Shown in pieces: positions 47,641 through 56,934 of a stretch of 64,000 bases of DNA (positions within the stretch are counted from its first letter, which is position 1; each line of letters starts with the position of its first letter). Below the pieces are notes generated by a model. That model was not told the origin of the DNA. It saw nothing but the letters and a program-made list of their open reading frames with translations, and searched no databases. The translations under genes were made by a program, and so were the position numbers. The DNA is from an uncultured bacterium (GTDB lineage Bacteria > Chloroflexota > UBA5177 > JANWHV01): NCBI GenBank assembly GCA_963729625.1, contig CAVSOU010000007.1, forward strand, positions 544,001 through 608,000, given 5' to 3'.

Positions 47641-48597
47641 TCACCGAGTGTCTTCATAGTAGACCCACCTCTTCGAGAGACCCAGCAGCGCCATGGTGAG
47701 GACCATGATGATCAGGAAGAGAATCCATGCCATTGCCGACGCATAGCCCATCCTGAGATAGCCAAAGGCGTTGGAGAAGAGGTACACGGCGTAGAAGAGC
47801 AGTGACCCTTCAGGTGCGCCCGACGCCGCGGAGCCACCGCCCCCGCCGCCGACAATGTAGGCCTGGGCGAAAAACTGGAAAGCCCAGATCACGCCCGTCA
47901 CCAGATTAAACAGGGTGACCCCAGACACCAGCGGAATCGTAACGTACCGAAGCTTTCCCCACCCGGACGCGCCGTCCAGCTCGGCCACCTCGTACAGATC
48001 CTCGGGGATGCCTTGTAGCCCGGCGAGATAGATGATCGTCACGGCGCCGATGCCCCACACTTGCATCAGAATCATGCTTGGCTTGCTCCAGGAGGGGTCG
48101 CCAAGCCAGTCGGGGCCGGTAATGCCGACACTCTGAAGCAGCAAGTTGACGGCCCCAAGGTTGGGGTTCAGTATCCAGATAAATAGGATAGTCAGGGCGA
48201 CCGTCGGCATGATAGATGGCAGCACGAAAATGGTGCGAAACAACGCCTGGCCGCGCACCTTGAAGTTGAGAAGAAGCGCCGTCCCGAAGCCCACCAACAA
48301 CTGTGCGGGAACGCCGAAGCCGACGAGGTACACGGTGTTGAGAAGAGAATTCCGGAAGTACTCGTCGTTTGTCAGGAGCTGCGTGTAGTTTTGCAGGCCG
48401 ACGAACGTCGGCGGTGAGATGATGTTGTAGTCGGTCAAGCTGTAATACAGCGACGCGCCCATCGGGTACAGGATGAAGGCAAGAAAGCCGACAATCCATG
48501 GTGAGATAAAGAACATACCCCACAGGAACCGGCGAAGGGACGGCGAGATGCGCCGCGCGCTTCTCTGGTCCATGGAGATTGGCGCCGACAAGGCCAT
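47641..48597 (-). CDS. Carbohydrate ABC permease
   Basis: DLYEVAELDGA loop; MGYASAMAW. Confidence 0.92.
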   Translation of the reverse strand: MALSAPISMDQRSARRISPSLRRFLWGMFFISPWIVGFLAFILYPMGASLYYSLTDYNIISPPTFVGLQNYTQLLTNDEYFRNSLLNTVYLVGFGVPAQLLVGFGTALLLNFKVRGQALFRTIFVLPSIMPTVALTILFIWILNPNLGAVNLLLQSVGITGPDWLGDPSWSKPSMILMQVWGIGAVTIIYLAGLQGIPEDLYEVAELDGASGWGKLRYVTIPLVSGVTLFNLVTGVIWAFQFFAQAYIVGGGGGGSAASGAPEGSLLFYAVYLFSNAFGYLRMGYASAMAWILFLIIMVLTMALLGLSKRWVYYEDTR

Positions 48598-48643
48598 GCG
48601 TCCTCTGCTCTTGTTGTTGCCGCGTACCGTGCAGGAATAGAGG

Positions 48644-48683
48644 GCCGCTGGTGAGGGGGCAGCGGTATTCCCTCACCAGCGGC
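48644..48683 (-). terminator. 14-bp stem-loop after the SBP gene
   Basis: GCCGCTGGTGAGGG...CCCTCACCAGCGGC. Confidence 0.55.
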
Positions 48684-48691
48684 TCAATCCT

Positions 48692-50053
48692 CTACTTCTT
48701 GCCGGGGTGCATCTTGAGGAACTGGTCCAGCTCAGGCTGGATGATCTTCTTCACGTGCTGCATGCCGGCAAGGGCAGTTTCCTTGCCGTGCAATATGAGG
48801 GCGAGGTCGGCAGCGAAAACGTCCGAGTAATGCTGGCTGACCGGTGTTACCGGGAACACCAGCAAGTTAGGGCTATGCCGCATCACGTTCACGTCCAGCC
48901 GGTAGAAGTCCAGCTTGGCGATCCGTTGGTCGTCCAGGATGCGTCTGCTGGTCGGCATATCGGAGTTGGCGATTGCCGACACCACTCCGGCATTGCCCGT
49001 GATCATGTAGGTGAGGAAAGCAAACGCCTCTTGAGGATGACTCGACTGGGCCATGACGCTCATGTCGTCGCAATTCAGGGAACTCGAAAGCTTGCGCTCG
49101 GGGTGCCCATCGGGGTACGGCACGGTGAAGGAGCCCCAGTCGCGCCCAAACTTCATCGACGGCTTGTAGATGCCGAAGTTGAATGCCTGCCAGTCGCCGT
49201 CGAGGCGCATCGCCGTCAGGCCGTTGAAGAGCGGGTCGTTGGGTGAGAATGCCTGGCCCAAGCTGCTCGAGAAGCGGTCGATATTCGCAGGTCCATACGC
49301 TTTGTATTGCGCTGCAAGGTCGTTGAGCGCTGCGACCACGCCTGGATTGTCCGGAGTTACCTGGTGCGTCGCGGCATTGTAGAGGGAGCCGCCAAAGTCC
49401 TCAATCCACGCATATGCCGGCCAGTTCGAGTTCGGGGGAACCTGTCCGAGGCGGGTTATCTTGTTGCTACTGCCGTAGACGGTGAGCTTATGCGAATCGC
49501 TCCAGAGCTGGCTGAGCGTCACCGGCGGAGTCGTTATACCGGCAGCGCTGAAGTCCTGCTTGTTATAGAAGAAGTTGTATGAGCCGCAGTTCCATGGCAG
49601 ACCGTATACGTTATTGTCATACGTTACAGATTGCATCGTGGCCGGCAGCAGGTCGGCAAGGTCGAAGTGACTGGACTTGATCAGACTGTCGAGCTGCAAT
49701 AAAGCGCCGTTCCCGGCAAGGCTGCCCAAGGGCTCCGGGCCGTCCCAGAACTGGTAGATATCCGGCCCGCTGCCCGAGGCAACAGCGGTGAGCAGTTTCT
49801 GCACGCTCTCGCCGTGCACGACCTTCACGGTGACGTTCGGATTCATCTTGTTGAACGCCTGCATGAGGGGGTCAAGCTGCTTCTGGTAGACGCCGAAGTT
49901 GTCGTCATCCCAGTACGTGAGTGTGATCCCACTGGCCGCCGTTCGCGCCTTCACGCCGACCGGCGCCAGCGCACAGAGGGCCAGACCGGCGGCCAGCAAC
50001 ACCCGTCCAACGCAGATCGATACCTGGCGGATGTGCCGCCGTCTCGCTGTCAT
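48692..50053 (-). CDS. Sugar ABC substrate-binding protein
   Basis: Signal peptide, VYGLPW, FYNKQDF, MRLDGDW; start approximate. Confidence 0.9.
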   Translation of the reverse strand: MTARRRHIRQVSICVGRVLLAAGLALCALAPVGVKARTAASGITLTYWDDDNFGVYQKQLDPLMQAFNKMNPNVTVKVVHGESVQKLLTAVASGSGPDIYQFWDGPEPLGSLAGNGALLQLDSLIKSSHFDLADLLPATMQSVTYDNNVYGLPWNCGSYNFFYNKQDFSAAGITTPPVTLSQLWSDSHKLTVYGSSNKITRLGQVPPNSNWPAYAWIEDFGGSLYNAATHQVTPDNPGVVAALNDLAAQYKAYGPANIDRFSSSLGQAFSPNDPLFNGLTAMRLDGDWQAFNFGIYKPSMKFGRDWGSFTVPYPDGHPERKLSSSLNCDDMSVMAQSSHPQEAFAFLTYMITGNAGVVSAIANSDMPTSRRILDDQRIAKLDFYRLDVNVMRHSPNLLVFPVTPVSQHYSDVFAADLALILHGKETALAGMQHVKKIIQPELDQFLKMHPGKK

Positions 50054-50126
50054 GCCGTCCCTATCAACGTGCCCTATCATTGCGTACCCCCTGAATGGCA
50101 TTTATGACCTCAGTTCGGTGGGTGCA

Positions 50127-53018
50127 TCAGGCGTAGGGTCGTATGCTCGAAGCATCACCTCCTTCTCTTTTTCGAGGCAGAAGCCGCGCTGCGGCAAAGC
50201 CTCGGCCCGCGACGGGAATCTCGGCCATGCCGGCGACGACAGGGAGCGCCTGTTTGTCTCGCTCGAGCAAGTCTGTTTGCCGCGCTTCTTCGATGTCCGC
50301 CAGGCCTGAGACGTCGACGGAGGCCGACGTCCCTTGCTCATCGCAATTCCATAGCCGAACGAGTAACCCGTCTTCTTCCGCGACCTTCAGGCAGGAGAGA
50401 ATGGCCGAATCCGGTGCTGCCTGCGCGAAGCTATGTTTGTGGGCCGGCAGGCCGGTCCCCTGGCGGCCGGGCAGGGGTACGGCGAGCAGCTCGTTGTTAT
50501 CCTGCCAGCCGAAGCGCACGGCGGCGGCGGGATCGAATCCGCCGCCATGACCGCGCAGGCTGAAGCGAAAACAGAAATGGGTGGAGCCTCCTTGATCACG
50601 CGTGATCTCGCGCCAGTCCAGACAGTTGTGCATGACCAGCGCCAGAACTGTGCTGTTGCTGGGATCGGGCCCCAGCGGATCCTCCAACGAGGTACGGTGG
50701 CCGAACTCGACGAGACCCGAATCGGCCTGCGTCAGTGTCACGCCGGCCTCGTCGTTGAAGATATCGACGAAGTGGCGAACGGCGGTCACGGCCTGGCCGG
50801 CGCCGGGCCGCTGCTCCTTGCCAGGCGAGATGATGGCGCCGGGCGCCTCAAATCGGTACCGTCGGTCAGGCACAAGAAACGGGAATGCGAAGTCGAGCTG
50901 GTATCGTTCGTCTGTCGGGAATCGTTCCACCTCGTTGCGCAGGTCAACGCGATCGAGGCTCGCATAGAGCGTTACCGTGGTGGTCACGGTCGTGTTCTTC
51001 AAGGACGCTTTCACGATGAGCCGGCCGAACACGGAGCCGCAGGATCCGATTGTTATGTCTGCCCTCCTGGGCGTATGTTCGGTTCCATCTCCGAAGCAGA
51101 GGCACTGGTTAAGGTGATAGGGGCTGTTTGGATCCACCAGCTCCCGACCACGGAGTTTGTCGACCAGGCTCACGATGCCACCGGTGATCGGGCTCACGGT
51201 CACCGCGTAGAACGGGCCCTCGAGCCGGCAGTCTCCGGCCGCCCACAGGTCGGAGCTGGACCGAGCAGCTGGGGCAGCGGGCTGTACGCCGAACACGCGG
51301 TAGCCGATCGACGGAACGTCGCGCGCTTCAACATAGAGCACGTGCTGTCCATCCTCCTCTGCCGCCTGTTGAGCCATCGGGTCACCCGTAGCAAGGTCGA
51401 CGAACCGGCAATCTCCGAGCCCGTCAGGCGCCGCGAGACGCGCGACGCCGGAGCGGGGCCAAGCGAGTGCATTGAATACGGCGATGCGGTAATCTGGTGC
51501 GCCCGTGATATGCCGGCTCAAGGCCGCGAGGCCTTCGTCGACGAACGCGTCGAATGCCTGGTTGGCGGTAGTCTGCCAGCGGCGGCGCATCGAAGCATTC
51601 AGGGCGCGATTGGCGTCATCGGCTCCGTTCCACGCGTGATCCGACAGGTACAGGAGGTTCATCCAACCTTCGGCGAGCTGTGGGCGTCTTGCCGCATACC
51701 ATTCGGGATCCAAGCGCGAGAGAACAGCCGCCAGCTTATCGGCCGTGCCCGCGCGTTCCTGCGCCCGGCGCCAGCCGGCGAAATCGTACGCCAGGCTGGC
51801 CTGCCAGGCGTCCCAGGCAGTGCCGTAGTCCCCTCGGAAGACGGGCGCATCGCAGTTTCTCGCGGCGATTTGTTCCTCGACGTCGTCCCAGAATTGTCTG
51901 TGCGAGGCGTTCACCAGCCTTGGATACTCCCATCCCTGCGCGTTATACGCCGCGATCGTCGCGGACTTCTTTGCCGGCAGCGTGCTGCTCGAGGGAGACA
52001 GATCCCCGTAGCAACCGACGAGCGCAATAGCGTTGTAGGGATACTCGTCACCCCGCCGCTCGTAGCCGGGAATGATGACTTCATGCAGGGCCACGGTTGT
52101 GGTGCGGAGATCGCGGGTAACGAAGCTCCCCTCGACGTAGTCTTCATTGCGCCGGCGCACCAGGACGCGAAGCCCATCCGGGCCTTCCCACTTGAAGATG
52201 GGCGGCTCCTCGAGCCGCTGCGCCCATGGACACTCGTATGGCAGAATCGATTTCACGAGGTGGCGAATGCCGCACCCGGCAAGGATGCTGGCAAGGGCCC
52301 AGGTGATGGTGGGCGTTTCCTGGTGATTGGCGTAGCCAAGCGGGAGATTGTGCGCTAGTGCCCACGCCCGCGCGGGGTAGAACTGTCGAATAAGCTCCTC
52401 CAGGCTCATATCACAGGTGGCAGCCATCGTGAAGAAGGGGTTCAGGGTGATCGTGCCGCCGCGGATGTGATCGAAGAGCCGCTCAGCCTGGTGGGGATAG
52501 CGATCGAGGAAGAACTCGACCTCGCGCGCCTGCACGAGATTATAGTGATTGCGATTAGCCTCAGGTTCGTGCCGCGTGGCCTCCGCTTGGGCGAGCTCCG
52601 CCTCCAAGAGAGCCGCGTCGTCGGCACGATTAGCTTCTTCGGTGGCATAGTTCCATGCATAGTCGGTGCACACATCGCTCAACAGGTAGACTATCCACGG
52701 CCGATGGGTACCGACAGTTACCGGCGACGACAGCAGCTGATCACCGACGGCGAGCCGCACTACCGCGCCCGCGACCGGCGGCCGGCGCGGCCAGACGACG
52801 GGCGCATGGCACCGATACTCGCGCACGCCGGGGAGGATCTCCAGGCTCGTACTTGCCACGTCCCCACAGACTTCGATCGTGGCGTGGCCGGAAGCGACGG
52901 AGTCCAGCGAGCTGTCGATGGTCAAGAGGATCCACTGGCGGAGTGTTCCCTGCCAGTGACTGAAGAAGATCGTCTCGCGGGTTTCCACGATAGCGATGTC
53001 AGACATCACTCGACTCAT
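50127..53018 (-). CDS. GH38-like glycoside hydrolase with atypical active-site motifs
   Basis: SLEELIR, FKWEGPDG, VFNALAWPRSG, VPSIGY, GGIVSLVDK, SCLKVAEE, LVRLWN; start 53018 or 53006 (GTG 53048 abuts the -10 box). Confidence 0.8.
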   Translation of the reverse strand: MSRVMSDIAIVETRETIFFSHWQGTLRQWILLTIDSSLDSVASGHATIEVCGDVASTSLEILPGVREYRCHAPVVWPRRPPVAGAVVRLAVGDQLLSSPVTVGTHRPWIVYLLSDVCTDYAWNYATEEANRADDAALLEAELAQAEATRHEPEANRNHYNLVQAREVEFFLDRYPHQAERLFDHIRGGTITLNPFFTMAATCDMSLEELIRQFYPARAWALAHNLPLGYANHQETPTITWALASILAGCGIRHLVKSILPYECPWAQRLEEPPIFKWEGPDGLRVLVRRRNEDYVEGSFVTRDLRTTTVALHEVIIPGYERRGDEYPYNAIALVGCYGDLSPSSSTLPAKKSATIAAYNAQGWEYPRLVNASHRQFWDDVEEQIAARNCDAPVFRGDYGTAWDAWQASLAYDFAGWRRAQERAGTADKLAAVLSRLDPEWYAARRPQLAEGWMNLLYLSDHAWNGADDANRALNASMRRRWQTTANQAFDAFVDEGLAALSRHITGAPDYRIAVFNALAWPRSGVARLAAPDGLGDCRFVDLATGDPMAQQAAEEDGQHVLYVEARDVPSIGYRVFGVQPAAPAARSSSDLWAAGDCRLEGPFYAVTVSPITGGIVSLVDKLRGRELVDPNSPYHLNQCLCFGDGTEHTPRRADITIGSCGSVFGRLIVKASLKNTTVTTTVTLYASLDRVDLRNEVERFPTDERYQLDFAFPFLVPDRRYRFEAPGAIISPGKEQRPGAGQAVTAVRHFVDIFNDEAGVTLTQADSGLVEFGHRTSLEDPLGPDPSNSTVLALVMHNCLDWREITRDQGGSTHFCFRFSLRGHGGGFDPAAAVRFGWQDNNELLAVPLPGRQGTGLPAHKHSFAQAAPDSAILSCLKVAEEDGLLVRLWNCDEQGTSASVDVSGLADIEEARQTDLLERDKQALPVVAGMAEIPVAGRGFAAARLLPRKREGGDASSIRPYA

Positions 53019-53048
53019 CTCGCCCAGCTCGGAAGGGTTTACCGCCAC

Positions 53049-53077
53049 ACTATAGGAGAAATCCTGCTCAGTGTCAA
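53049..53077 (-). promoter_or_regulatory. Consensus sigma70 promoter (leftward operon)
   Basis: TTGACA-17nt-TATAGT on the minus strand. Confidence 0.8.
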
Positions 53078-53172
53078 TACACAGAAAATAAACTCCTTCC
53101 GAGCAGCAACGAGCTCACCGCAGCGTCGGGGGCCAACGCGACTGAGGTCTGAAGATTGTTTCTTCCTGAAGA

Positions 53173-53201
53173 TTGACATTTGGCAAATATTCTCCTATAG
53201 T
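53173..53201 (+). promoter_or_regulatory. Consensus sigma70 promoter (rightward operon)
   Basis: TTGACA-17nt-TATAGT. Confidence 0.8.
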
Positions 53202-53243
53202 GATGCGCGTAGCGGTTGCCGCTCAGAGTGAGGGGAATGGAGC

Positions 53244-54581
53244 ATGTCCAGTTTGGCTCGTGGTTCGCGTTTGCGGTGGCGAATGCCGCGTTTCACCGTG
53301 GCAATGCTGCTCTGTGGACTGATGGTCCTGCCGACTGCCGGCAGCGTTGCCCGCGCCAGCAGCCCAGGCGACAGCAAAGTCACGCTGGTGTTCTACAACC
53401 AATGGATAGGCGTACAGGAAAAGGATCTGCAGGAGATCATTCGACGGTTCGAAAAGATTCATCCGAACATCGTGATCAAGGAGTCGGTGGTTGCGGACAC
53501 GACCAAGATCATCGCCGCCATGCAGGGCGGCCAACCGCCCGACATCGTCGATTTCGGGCTGGGTCAATTCCTTCCCGAAATGGCCTCTAAGGGCGCCCTC
53601 ACTAACCTCGATCCGTATATCAAGGCCGCGCACGTCAATCTTGGCGTGTTCGTACCCAAGAGTCTCGAGGTCGACACGTATAACGGGCACGTCTACGGCC
53701 TGCCGTTCATGGACTTCAACCACGCGCTCATCTACAACACGGATCTGTTCAAGAAAGCAGGCATCAGCCATCCACCGACAACCCTGGAGGAGCTCACCGC
53801 CGATGCCTACAAGCTCACCAAGCAGGACAGCAACGGCAAGATAGAGCAGATGGGCTTCATCCCCGATTGGCCGGGCGGCGCCAATGGTCAGGCCGTTAAT
53901 CTGGTGGACTATGGCTGGTTGTTTGGCGGTGACTGGTACAACGCCAAGACGCAGCAGCCCACCGCCGACCTACCACAGAACATCAAGGCACTGACCTGGG
54001 AGACGCAGATCTATCAGAAGTACGGCGCCAAGAACATCGACAATTTCGTCAAGAGCGCCGGCGCCTATCTCAGCAACGACATATTCGCTTCGGGCAAATT
54101 GGCCATGGCCTACGACGGTGAGTGGTGGCTTGACTTCGCCCCGCCGGCGTTCGAGCCGAAGATCGGCGTCGCGCCGTTCCCGGCTCCGCAGGGCCTGTCG
54201 AAGTACACCGGGACTTCCTTCCTGGACAACGACCCGCAGGTCATTCCGAGCGGCTCTAAGCACAAGCAGGAAGCGTTCGAGTTCTTGCAGTATCAATCCA
54301 CGGACCCCAGCGTCACACTGTACATGGCGCCGCGCGTCTTCAACCTGTCGCAACTGAAGGATATTCCTGCATCGGCCATCAGCAAGGATCCGCGCTTCAA
54401 GACGTTCGTCGACATCGCGAACGGCCCCAACGCGCACGTCTTCCCCCGGGTTGGGTACGCGGGTGAGATGGACACCGATATTCAGAACGCGGAGGCAGCC
54501 GCGCTGCACGGCCAGGGCACTCCAGCCAGCGTGCTTCACAGTCTGCAGAGCACGCTGCTCAACAGTGCAGGGGGCCAGTAG
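53244..54581 (+). CDS. Sugar ABC substrate-binding protein
   Basis: Signal peptide ending ARA, GGQPPDI, VYGLPF, YNTDLF, AYDGEW. Confidence 0.9.
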   Translation: MSSLARGSRLRWRMPRFTVAMLLCGLMVLPTAGSVARASSPGDSKVTLVFYNQWIGVQEKDLQEIIRRFEKIHPNIVIKESVVADTTKIIAAMQGGQPPDIVDFGLGQFLPEMASKGALTNLDPYIKAAHVNLGVFVPKSLEVDTYNGHVYGLPFMDFNHALIYNTDLFKKAGISHPPTTLEELTADAYKLTKQDSNGKIEQMGFIPDWPGGANGQAVNLVDYGWLFGGDWYNAKTQQPTADLPQNIKALTWETQIYQKYGAKNIDNFVKSAGAYLSNDIFASGKLAMAYDGEWWLDFAPPAFEPKIGVAPFPAPQGLSKYTGTSFLDNDPQVIPSGSKHKQEAFEFLQYQSTDPSVTLYMAPRVFNLSQLKDIPASAISKDPRFKTFVDIANGPNAHVFPRVGYAGEMDTDIQNAEAAALHGQGTPASVLHSLQSTLLNSAGGQ

Positions 54582-54590
54582 GCTCCACGT

Positions 54591-54627
54591 CGGGGCCGTG
54601 CCGAGCCCGGTGCTCGGCACGGCCCCG
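54591..54627 (+). terminator. 16-bp perfect stem-loop after the SBP gene
   Basis: CGGGGCCGTGCCGAGC-5nt-GCTCGGCACGGCCCCG. Confidence 0.6.
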
Positions 54628-54772
54628 CACAACGGCCAGGCTGCGGTGGGCTTGGGTGAGCAGCACGGGCTCGTCATCCGATTGGGTTCGCGGATTCTTG
54701 GGCCGTACTACCCATTTGAACGTCGCCGCATAACGGCCTGCAAATGGCCCGGAGCACGTGAAAGGTTGACCG

Positions 54773-55660
54773 ATGCCGGCAAGCGCACCTGCTGAGAACG
54801 CCCTGCGCCAGGGCAGGGTCGAGTGCTTGAAGCGAATCGAACAGGCCTACAATGGCTTGGCTGAGACTGCGCGCCGCGTCGCCGACACCATATTGCAGCA
54901 ACCAGCCGTCGCCGTCGGCCTGTCGATCACGGACCTGGCTCACCGCAGCAACGTCAGTGACACCACAGTTCTCCGCTTCGTTCGCGCCATCGGGTACCAG
55001 GGCTACCGGCAGTTTGCCCTGGCCCTGGCGGCGTCGGTCGCCGACCATGAAGACCGTGCACTGGACGTGCGCATCGACGATGAAGACGACCTCGCCGCGG
55101 TCGTCCAGAAAGTCTTTATCGCCGAGGCTCAGGCGTTGATGAAGGCGCCCCAGACCATCGACGCGCAGGCCCTGCAGCGGGCGGTGGATGCGCTCTCCCG
55201 CGCGCGTCGTGTGCATTGCTACGCCGTGGGTGGCTCCGGCTTGCTCGTCATCGAGGCGGTGTACCGTCTCGTGCACCTCGGGCTCGACTGTGTCGCCGTC
55301 TACGACCCCATCCAGATTGCCATTCAAGCCAGTCAGCTGACGGCTGAGGACGTGGCGATTGGCTTCAGCCAGGCCGGCCGTACTCATAGCACCGTGATGG
55401 GACTGGCGATCGCGCGCGCGGCAGGCGCCACTACCATTTGCGTGACCAGCCGCCCGCAGTCACCGCTCGTGGCGCAGAGCGACATCGCGCTCGTCTTGCT
55501 TGAATTGCAGGCGGCGTTTCGCGGCGCCCACCTGGACTCGAAAATAGCGGAACTGACCATGATTGATGCGCTCGCGACGTGCCTGACGCGCCTGCTTCCT
55601 CCGCGGCCGCCACAAATGGTCGAGCGCCTTGAACAGAATATTGAGCGGATGTTCATCTAG
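54773..55660 (+). CDS. RpiR/MurR family transcriptional regulator
   Basis: SITDLAHRSNVSDTTVLRFVRAIGYQGY HTH plus SIS domain (GFSQAG). Confidence 0.93.
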   Translation: MPASAPAENALRQGRVECLKRIEQAYNGLAETARRVADTILQQPAVAVGLSITDLAHRSNVSDTTVLRFVRAIGYQGYRQFALALAASVADHEDRALDVRIDDEDDLAAVVQKVFIAEAQALMKAPQTIDAQALQRAVDALSRARRVHCYAVGGSGLLVIEAVYRLVHLGLDCVAVYDPIQIAIQASQLTAEDVAIGFSQAGRTHSTVMGLAIARAAGATTICVTSRPQSPLVAQSDIALVLLELQAAFRGAHLDSKIAELTMIDALATCLTRLLPPRPPQMVERLEQNIERMFI

Positions 55661-55753
55661 TGTGCGGCGACCTGTGATTGCGCTGGTGATCGCGCGGTAA
55701 GCACGCCGTCACACCTGCGACATTGTCGTTCACATCCTTAAGGAGGCGGGAAC

Positions 55754-56821
55754 ATGGCCGACACGCTGATCATGCGGGACATCAGGGATACTCCGCTGAC
55801 TCTACGTGCTACGCTGGCGGGTATCGGCGATGAAGGCGACAGACTGGCGTCCGCGTTGCTGGAGCAGGGCGCGCACCGCTTCGTGGCAATTGGCAATGGG
55901 ACATCGTATTATGCCTCGCTGGCATCGGCCTATCTTCATAATGCACTGATTGGTTCCGACCAAACCCTGGTGTTGGCGGCGCCTACCGGCGACTTCAGCC
56001 GGTACCCGCCGCCGCTGTCGCAGCACGATGTTGTCGTCGGCGTCTCTGTCTCGGGCGAGGTTGTGGACCTGCTCGATCTGTTCGAGCAGATTCGTGGGCA
56101 CCATCGCCTGGTAGGCATCACCAATGAGCCCGCCTCGTCGCTCACTCGGCTGGCCGACGACCTGCTGGTGACACGCGCCAGTCCCAGCGTCGTTCCGACC
56201 TCCACCAAGACGTTCGTAGCCAGCCTCGCCGCGCTCTACCTGCTCTGGCTCGGCGTGCTGAAGCGGCAGAACGTGCCCCAGGTTGAAAGCCTTCGCAAGG
56301 AGCTGCACGACCTGCCGGACCTGGCCGAGCAGGGCATCGCCATGGCAGAGCGGCAGGTGAAGGCCGTGGCTGAGCGGCTGGCGCCGTGCCGGCGCGTTTT
56401 CGTCATGGGAGCCGGACCCGCTTGGGCGGTCGCCCAGGAGGCTGCGCTGGTCCTTAAGGAAGTCTCAAACGTTCCTGCCGAACCGCTCCAGCAACGTGAG
56501 ATGGCGCAGGGCACGACCTCGGTGGTAGACGAGACGGTCGGCGTCATAGCCGTGAATCCCCCAGGCCCCGGTCAGGATATGGGCCGGACACTGTTGGCGC
56601 AATGTGAGGCGTTGGGCGCCGTCACGCTTGAGCTGGGCGACGCGCCGGCCGGCCTGACAGTCGCGGCGCCATGCCACGATCTGTTGACCCCCATCCTCTA
56701 TTGCGGCCCCCTGTTTGTTCTGGCGAACGAGCTCGCCGTGCAGCGCGGAGTCGATGCGGATCATCCACACTGGGAAGAGGGCCACCTTCGCATGACCAGA
56801 CGACAGGCCGGGGGCCGCTAG
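55754..56821 (+). CDS. Double-SIS sugar-phosphate isomerase/deaminase (GlmS-C/AgaS/FrlB-like)
   Basis: GNGTSY, SVSGE, STKT, EAALVLKE. Confidence 0.87.
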   Translation: MADTLIMRDIRDTPLTLRATLAGIGDEGDRLASALLEQGAHRFVAIGNGTSYYASLASAYLHNALIGSDQTLVLAAPTGDFSRYPPPLSQHDVVVGVSVSGEVVDLLDLFEQIRGHHRLVGITNEPASSLTRLADDLLVTRASPSVVPTSTKTFVASLAALYLLWLGVLKRQNVPQVESLRKELHDLPDLAEQGIAMAERQVKAVAERLAPCRRVFVMGAGPAWAVAQEAALVLKEVSNVPAEPLQQREMAQGTTSVVDETVGVIAVNPPGPGQDMGRTLLAQCEALGAVTLELGDAPAGLTVAAPCHDLLTPILYCGPLFVLANELAVQRGVDADHPHWEEGHLRMTRRQAGGR

Positions 56822-56934
56822 AGTCTCTCGGGCAAGAATCCGCGGTCATGATGCCCCGGCGATCATGTCCCGCGTTTCGCATGGCGCAATGCCGATTATC
56901 CACTTTCGTAGAGTCGACCGAGGAGCAATCGTAT

